64,000 bases of DNA, from the NCBI GenBank assembly GCA_951406725.2, contig OX597816.1:107632001-107696000 (forward strand). Direction: 5' to 3'. The stretch comes from Octopus vulgaris (taxonomy: Eukaryota). The position numbers and the translations under genes were made by a program. Within the stretch, counting starts at the first letter, position 1, and each line of letters starts with the position of its first letter. This document shows positions 56,282 to 64,000 of the stretch, piece by piece. The notes beneath the pieces are model-generated. The model had not been told where the DNA came from, did not search any database, and saw only the letters and a program-made list of their open reading frames with translations.

Positions 56282-57594
56282 GAGGGAGAGTCTAAAAATT
56301 ATAAGCACAAATACTTTTTGGATGTATCTACACAAAAGTAGGAGATAAACAACTTTGTAATTTTTCTATATAGTATCCTTCTTTACCGATGCACTTGGTC
56401 CAGCAGTCCACTAGCTTGCGTATTCCCTCCAAGAAGAAGGTTTTCTGTTGGTCGTGCAACCATTTATGCACAGCTTCCTTCACATCTTCATCTGTAGAAA
56501 ATCAACGACCTCGTAAACTATCTTTGAGCAGTCTAAATATATGATAGTCGGAAGGAGCGAGATCTGGGCTGTAGGCAGGATGCTGCAGCACCTCAAAACA
56601 CAATTGGTTAATGGTTTCGACGGTCTGTGTGGCCGTGTGTGGGCGTGCATTGTCATGCAATAACAAAACTTTCTTCAACAATAGGCTTCGGTGTTTGGTG
56701 CGAATTGCTGGCTTCAGTTTATTGACCAGCAAAGCACTGTATATTGCACTGTTGATCGTATACCCCTTTTCCAGGTAGTCTTCCAACATAGGCTCTTTTG
56801 AGACTCCTCCAAAAGGGTTAACATCAGCTTGCACGCGAAAGACAGTCTTGAATTTCTTCGTCGCTGGTGAGCCAGGATGTTTCCACTCCATACTCTGAAT
56901 TTTGGATTCTGCCTCATAATTATGGGCCCACATTTCATCTCCTGTAAACATTCTGCTCACAAATTCCTCACCCTCATAGTTGTAGCGATCGAGCAAACGT
57001 ATGAAAACATCAAGACTTTTGCGCTTGTGCTCTGCAGTAAGCTCTATTGGCACCTATCTTTCCACAGACTGTATGGAAGCTGAGCTCATCGTGGATAATT
57101 TGATAGGTGGAACCATGAATAATTCGCAGAGAACGAACTATCTCATCAATGATAACTCGCCGGTTCACCATTACTATCTCTTGAGCCTACTGAATTTTCC
57201 CGTCAGTGGTGGAGGTTGACGAGCATCCTGCTCCCTCTTCGTGCGTTACGCTTATCCGGCCACTTTTAAACTTCTCGATCCACGTATACACACCTGTACA
57301 CGGTTGTATACTGTCCTCGTACTGTGCTAAAAGTCTCCGATGAATTTCAGCAACTGATACACCTTCAGACTAGAGAATTTGGATCACTGCTCTTTGTTCT
57401 TCCTTGGTGTACATTGCTAGAGGAGCGGCCATGCTTACACTTTAAAGTCAGAAAGAAAAATGGCGTGATCCGGCTCAAACTTCGATCGCCTGACCACAAT
57501 AGTACGAACTATAAGCACGCATGCGCAGAATGCAGTGTGACAATTATAAAAATATGTTATGGCGCAAGTGGGGATAATTTTTAACTTCCCCTCG
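56281..57594 (-). mobile_element. Mariner element inserted in (TA)n
   Basis: ORF 56502-57053 (TGDEMWAH..EWKHPGSP..LHDNARPH..HPAYSPDLAPSDYHIF); TIRs TA|CGAGGGAGAGTCTAAAAATTAT and ATAATTTTTAACTTCCCCTCG|TA. Confidence 0.93.
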
Positions 57595-57600
57595 TATATA

Positions 57601-57889
57601 TAGACAACAGTGTGCAATGTTTTACCGAAAAGGAAAACTATAATTGCCACTAAATATGACCAGGGTGTTAGAAACACCTACATTGCTAGAAATAAGAGCT
57701 TAGATGCTCTAATGCTGTAGTTAAAGCACATAATTGTATACATATGTACTGACAGGGACCGTAATTGTCCGAAAGCACTGGTCGAGAATTCCCTATATTG
57801 ATCGGTCAGTTTCGGCTAATTCCGTAGCCTCATCACTAGGGGCCGCTCGACTCGGCTTCTTTCGGACAGGGGCGATTGCGGTCCCTGTC

Positions 57890-57935
<46 letters not shown>

Positions 57936-58068
57936 TATGTGCTTTAACTACAGCATTAAAACTCTTTAGCTGTTATTTCTAGCAATGTAGGTGTTCTCAC
58001 ACCCTAGTCATATTTAGTGACAATTATAGTTTTCCTTTTTGGTAAAACATTGCACACTGTTGTACATA
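57601..58068. repeat. Fold-back element with ~170 bp arms whose loop contains a hammerhead
   Basis: ACAACAGTGTGCAATGTTTTACC..TGACAGGGACCG pairs with CGGTCCCTGTCA..GGTAAAACATTGCACACTGTTGT. Confidence 0.9.
57791..57841 (-). ncRNA. Type I HHR motif, with C3 mutated to G
   Basis: CCCTA-gTGATGA-GGCTA cggaat TAGCC-GAAA-CTGA ccga TCAa-TA-TAGGG. Confidence 0.7.
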
Positions 58069-58180
58069 TTGAATTATTGTATACAGATTAGTGATTCGCT
58101 AAATCATCCATATAATTTTAGGGTGAATACATATGTCCTCACACAGAAGTAAGTCCGCAAAAAGCCAAATCGAGCGGTGG

Positions 58181-58233
58181 TCCCTACTCATGAGTCTACG
58201 GAATTAGCCGAAACTGACCGATCTGTATAGGGA
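58181..58233 (+). ncRNA. Second copy of the same HHR, with G5 mutated to C
   Basis: TCCCTA-CTcATGA-GtCTA cggaat TAGCC-GAAA-CTGA ccga TCtG-TA-TAGGGA. Confidence 0.7.
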
Positions 58234-58994
58234 ATTTTCGACCGGTGCTTTCGGGTGATTACGGTCGTTGTCAGTGCCTATATGCTTCAACTATAGCATT
58301 ATATATATATGATAAAAGAGGGGGTGGTGTTTCCACGTAGGAAAAATATATAGGAATATGTAGTTGAAAATGCACCTAAATTTTAAAAACTCGTAAATGT
58401 TTAAAATACATTTATTTACATATATACCAAACTAGTTTCAACAATATTTTTTTGTTTATCAATGGTAAAAATTTCAAATTAGGAAAACAACTTTAAAAGT
58501 TTCAATGTTAACAAATTAAAATGTTTCAATGTTGATAAACTAACATGTTCAAAACAGAAGCTGTAAGTTTGAGTGTTCATAGCAGTCAATAAGATTAAAA
58601 CTGTATATCAATTTGTTTGAATGTACAAAGTTCATTAATTTTAGTGGTGGCCGACGAGTCATACTGAAAAAAAAAACAAGTGTGAAATGAAAGTAGTAAA
58701 AAAAAAAAGGAATTTGGTTTACAGTTTCTCTGATCCTCTTCTAATAGACGCTTTCACTTGTAGTGTTATGTTTTGGGATCAGATAAATTTATAAGTTTTT
58801 TCGGCGAGCGGATCTAAGTTTTGATTCGTTAAGATACTGGTGATGTTTTTTTTCCGTGGTCAAGCATGTTGTTCTGCTTGGTTGGTTTCCTTATGGATAC
58901 GGTCATAAGTCGTTCCGGTTGGTTGGTTCTCTTAAAGGGTCATTTCGTTGTATTTGCTGAAGTTCGGTTTTGATTGGTCTGGAGTTGGATTTTA

Positions 58995-59490
58995 GGCTCA
59001 CACCAAATTATCAAGAGCAAAATGCAACCAGAATCATTGAAGAAAATATTAATCAACGCAAGACTTTATCCATTAACAACGGATCCAAAAGTGAGAAAAT
59101 GTGGTTGGCCTAACTGCGGCACATACCCCCACATTTTAGAGGGTACAGAACTCCACTTTAAACAAAGTGAAATATTTAAGATTAAATCAAGTTTTACCTG
59201 TGCGTCGGAAAACCTACTCTATGCCATTACCTGTTTAGGGTGCGGTGATCAATATATTGACCTAACAGGAATATCACTCCATCGAAGAACCACGCTTCAC
59301 AAAGAAGAAATCCGCCACCTACAATACAGATATATACCGGTCAGTGAACACATAGAAAGGTGTGCTAGGAAACTTAATACTAATTTCCTAATTTTCTTCT
59401 TCTATAATGTTCACAGAACACCGCAGTACAGCAAAGAATGAATAAAGAAGCAACTTTCCTCAATATCTTGCACAACTCAATATGAATACA
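58995..59490 (+). mobile_element. PLE Zn-finger plus GIY-YIG fragment, a relative of the 47-48 kb element
   Basis: ORF 58974-59441: HQIIKS..SLKKIL..KCGWPNCGT..FTCASENLLYAITCLGC..PVSEHIERCA. Confidence 0.88.
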
Positions 59491-59889
59491 TAACTTAATA
59501 CAGAACACTACCAACCTTGCCAATAATTCCACAATCACCCATACATTTCTTATACCATTCATATTACAGTATTATATCGACCCTAATTGCACCACGTACA
59601 GAACTACTTACGTCGCTTACATAATCTTTTTATTCGGGGACTAGTAGACCCAAAAACGTTTGATAATCGGTAGGCATTCAAAGCCAGTGAACAGAAATGG
59701 CGATGTCGGGTTGACTTTGAATCTCTTTAACAATTCAAAATAATGAATTTAATTCCTCTTAATTCTACCTCAGTTCATCTAATTGTATTTATTTATCGAT
59801 ATTTTTCATAAAAAGACCCTTTATTTTTTTGATATTCAATATCCATTTTCCCTTTATTTCTTCTTACTTTCCCCATATATATATATACA

Positions 59890-60282
59890 CTCTTTTATTC
59901 CTTTCTGTCAGTCATTTGACTGCGGCCTTTTAGTTGAAGATATCGATTCCAGGACTTATTTTTTGCAAGCCTGGTACTCCTTCTATCGGGCTCTTTTGCC
60001 GAACTGCTAAGTTACCGGGACGTAAACACACCAACATTCGTTGTCAAGCGATGGTGGCTGGAGGTAAAGCACAGACACTAAGATACACACACACACATAC
60101 ACACAGCCATACATATACACAACGGGCTTCTTTCAGTGTATGTCGACTATATCCACTCACAAGGTTTTTGTTCGGCCCGAGGCCATAGTAGAAGACACTT
60201 GTCTAAGGTGCCATGGAGTGGGACTGAACCCGGAAACACGTGGTTGGAAAGGAAGCTTCTTACCATACATCCACGCCTGCGC
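59890..60282 (-). mobile_element. SINE family A, full length and diverged
   Basis: Both halves are present around a (CA)n tract; the head end reads ..CCACGCCTGCGCC. Confidence 0.8.
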
Positions 60283-60837
60283 CATTCCATACATAACAAA
60301 ACAAGAAGCTTGAAAAAAATTTTGGTATTATTTATTCACCGTTACACATGTTTCGTATGCTTAGTAGAGATTACAGTTGTACATAGATAAACGTAAGAAA
60401 TTTCCTATTTGAAATTCCTCAGACAAAGAGACAATTGACATATTACTTGAATCTGTATCTGAAGTATTTCCAATAGAAAATTTCTTACATGTCTATCCAG
60501 TATGTACAACTTTGCAATTTCTATTTGCAAACTAAACATGTATAATGATGAATGGACAATACCAAATATATTTGGTAAACTTCCAGTTTTGACATAACTT
60601 TGTACACATTATTTCCAGAATTTTCTGGATTGTGAATTTGAAATAAGCAGATGTGCTTCAAAAGGCAACAGCTTAGAATTTAGTCCTTCTACATAATGAT
60701 ACATACATGATATATATTACACACACATACACAAACCCATGCACAATCACTTATGTATTCATATACATATATACATACATATATATATATATATAAATAT
60801 ACAAATATACATACATGTATATACGTATGCATATCTA

Positions 60838-60912
<75 letters not shown>

Positions 60913-60941
60913 ATCTTTGGATCTTCTAGATACCAATACCG

Positions 60942-60992
<51 letters not shown>

Positions 60993-61259
60993 CTTATACA
61001 CACACTACAAGACAGGAGATGAAAGATGGAAAAGTCGGTCATACCCCTACAATTCTGTATAAATACTTAAATATGATTCCTTCTGTATATATGCTTCTAT
61101 ACAACTATGATATCTGATGAACTTAAAATAATTATAACTTTATTTTACTACCTATTTTGAACATTTTCATGTAAACTGTTTAAACACAAAGCCCCTCTAA
61201 TCGTTTTCTTATCATTGTGAAACTTCTATTTTTTAACATTTTTTTTTATCATAGTCAAA

Positions 61260-61690
61260 GACTGTATAACCGTATTTTAATACTATGATAACCAATTGAC
61301 ACTACTTCAATTTTCCTTGTTGCTGTGGCGTAACTTCTATAGATAATTGTCCTTTCTGCCTTGTTTTTTAATACTTCTTTTTTTTTGGGGGGGGGGACCT
61401 TTACATCTTTCCCCTCCCTTTCAAGCATTCCCTTGAACTCGCTCAACTCTTCTAGGTTCACTTATTCAATTTTTTCTCTGGCCGCCGCTGTTTTGTTCCT
61501 CTTCTCCATTTCCTTGTCCATCGTGTTTAAATATATTCAACTAATTCTTCCTCAGACGAATCACATTCTAGGGAAGAATACTTTAACTTCTCCCAGCTTC
61601 TCGCACGACGCTCCTCCATTATATTATCCAGGAGGCAAAACGTCGCTCCACCAAGACAGCCCAAAAAACACGTGTGTACCAAACAAATCT
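61260..61690 (-). mobile_element. Possible LINE ORF1 5' remnant
   Basis: Interrupted charged reading frames (MEERRARSWEKLK..SSEEE; EELSEFKGMLER..ERTIIYRSY) with no splice pattern; the family assignment is an impression only. Confidence 0.3.
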
Positions 61691-62142
61691 AACAATGCCT
61701 GGTATATATTTATATATGTAAATATATAATGTTTGTATACACACTCACACACACACACACACTCACACACACACATACATACACTCACACGCACACACAC
61801 ACTCACACATAAATATATACATACACATTCATGTATTTGTTTTGGAATGACTGCGGAGCGGTGTCAACTTTAAGGTTGTACCCTGTGAAATTTATGGTTT
61901 AGCTTCTGTGAAATGACCTCTTCATTGTAGGATTCTAAATAAACAGAAATACCAAATAAAATCCACATGTATCATCTTACTGTTTCTTTTGTCTCTTCAT
62001 TGATTGTATTTTTTTTATTATTATTTAAAATTTATGTTCATATATTTGTTTGCATGTGTTTACTTTATGCGTATTTCAGTATTATGTATACCTGCCATAT
62101 AATTATATACATCATTAATATATAAGTGCATATGTGTGTGTT

Positions 62143-62186
<44 letters not shown>

Positions 62187-63397
62187 TGAAAAGAGGACGT
62201 CTGTCTCCAAAGCTTGAAAGTTGAGTAACGTTTTCGTGTTTGGATTTGTAAACTACGGTAAGAATAACACTGGCCAGTATTTTGCCCCAAGAAAAGAATA
62301 TATTTACTTTTGTCATGTCTGTACACACACACACACACACTATCACACACACACACACACATGTATGTAGGTTACACAGCTCGTGCATTGAGTTCTTCGT
62401 TTAATTTTTATCCAGTTTCGTCCTTACTGGGCATATAAACTTTTTCTCTTTCTCCCTCACTTTGTGTGCGTGTGGTTTAAGTATGGCAACTAGAAAAATT
62501 ATGAGAAGGGCACATTACACATAGTACTAATTATGAAAGAATTTTCAATAGAAGCTTTATATAAAACGTGTTATCTCAGATTCTACTATATAATTTGTGA
62601 TTTTATAAAAAAAAATTATCAAAGCAATAGGAACTTGGCATCTAAATTTATTTTGCTTATCACTAAATAAATCTAATGATGGGCTGAAAGATTGTTGCTT
62701 TCGCAATCTCTCAACTGGAGACAGATTATCGTAATATCAATAAAATCTGATCAGCACGGCAATGCTTCCTAAAGAGTTTAGGTTATTATCATTGAGTGGC
62801 ACGTAAGTGTAACATATTTAAAAATCTAATATGTTGACGGTCAGATTAAGTTATAGCTTGGTTAGTACTTTCCTTCTTAGGCAACACAAACATTCAAAAT
62901 TTGATTCTCTGTTTCTAAATTGCATTCCTTAGAAATTTGTAGAGATTCTTGGATATCTACGCCCATTCTTATGCAACGTACACAAACAGATAAAAGTTAG
63001 AGTGACTGATTTATTATATAAGTATTTTATTTTAAATTAACACGCATTTAAACAGATTATCGTTAAAGAATTATTTTAACCTAAAATCTAAATTTAATAA
63101 ATATAATAATGCATACTTATGTTAATAATCAATACAATGAAAACATTATATTTACAAAACAATTACAATATTCATTTATTATTTTATTCTTTCATTGGTT
63201 TCAAATACAGAACTGTGTCCATGCCTTGAAGAGTTTTTGTGGGCCGTCCCTGTGTTTCATTCTAGAAATTATTTTTGTCGTATCGCTAATTTGTTTTTTG
63301 CTACGAAGGGTTAGGGTGAATCTATTGTTCAGAGAATCTTTTTACTTTTGTGAGGAAGTGTTCCTTATGACAGATGTACGGAGAAAGAAAAACTTAC

Positions 63398-63466
63398 ACG
63401 ATATATACGTCTCACTCGCCTCACATAAATACAGAAAGGGTGATTTGTTAAATACTGATTGGACAT
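63398..63466 (-). CDS. Candidate 69 nt exon
   Basis: Pyrimidine-rich acceptor CTTTTCATTCTTCCTTTAAATCTAG| and donor CGT|GTAAGT; two frames are open; no homology recognised. Confidence 0.25.
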
Positions 63467-64000
63467 CTAGATTTAAAGGAAGAATGAAAAGTGTATATAA
63501 GTAAAGTAATTCCAACAGGGGACGGAAGTCAATGTCACGACACTCCATGCACTGATAGCTTACCACACTTTCACATTTACTTAATTATCATATCGACACA
63601 ATCTTGCATGCTCACAGAAAAGACAATAAACTTGTGTAACATTCATTAAACACCACCGTTGCAAGTGAAATTGAAGTGATTACAAACCAGATCAAAATTA
63701 GAATGCAGACATGACTTCACATTAATGTAGATTTTATATCTAAGATAAGTCAGAAAGTTTTCTGTGTTATGACCTTTGATGCCTGATTGAACTGGTTTGT
63801 AATTTATTGATTTCTTACATTTGCCATCAAACAATGCTATTATCCGTATGTCGGGTCAGCAAGGCAGTCTAAATAGCATTTGCATCTCCCTCGAATTATA
63901 AACCATTGTCTTAAAAATTAGGAAGCCTTATTAGATACTCCTTTGATTACATATTTACCCAAAGGTAACTTGGAACTAAACATGAACAACAAATTTTACT

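Noticed and set aside
63109-63504. 131 aa plus-strand ORF
   Set aside because: AT-rich with no recognisable domain; its start lies in intron-like sequence.

Overview
AT-rich, repeat-saturated eukaryotic DNA with no complete host gene that I can recognise. The tRNA-derived SINE families and the dense (TA)n/(CA)n/(TATG)n/(TATC)n tracts suggest an octopus or other coleoid cephalopod genome (inference). Most short ORFs in the track are microsatellite translations. Recognisable content is transposon debris: R4/Dong-like LINEs, RTE fragments, three mariners, a Tc1, a maT-like fragment, a hAT relic, two Helitrons, many SINEs and at least eight Penelope-like element (PLE) fragments. The most notable signal is a set of about a dozen type I hammerhead ribozyme (HHR) motifs, some canonical and some U3-A8 or extra-base variants. 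They occur alongside repeated fold-back palindromes, several of which turn exactly at short inverted repeats native to the parent element, consistent with self-primed cDNA fold-back. A few isolated minus-strand exon candidates may belong to a long-intron gene. All alignments and folds were done by eye, so element boundaries are approximate unless motifs are quoted.
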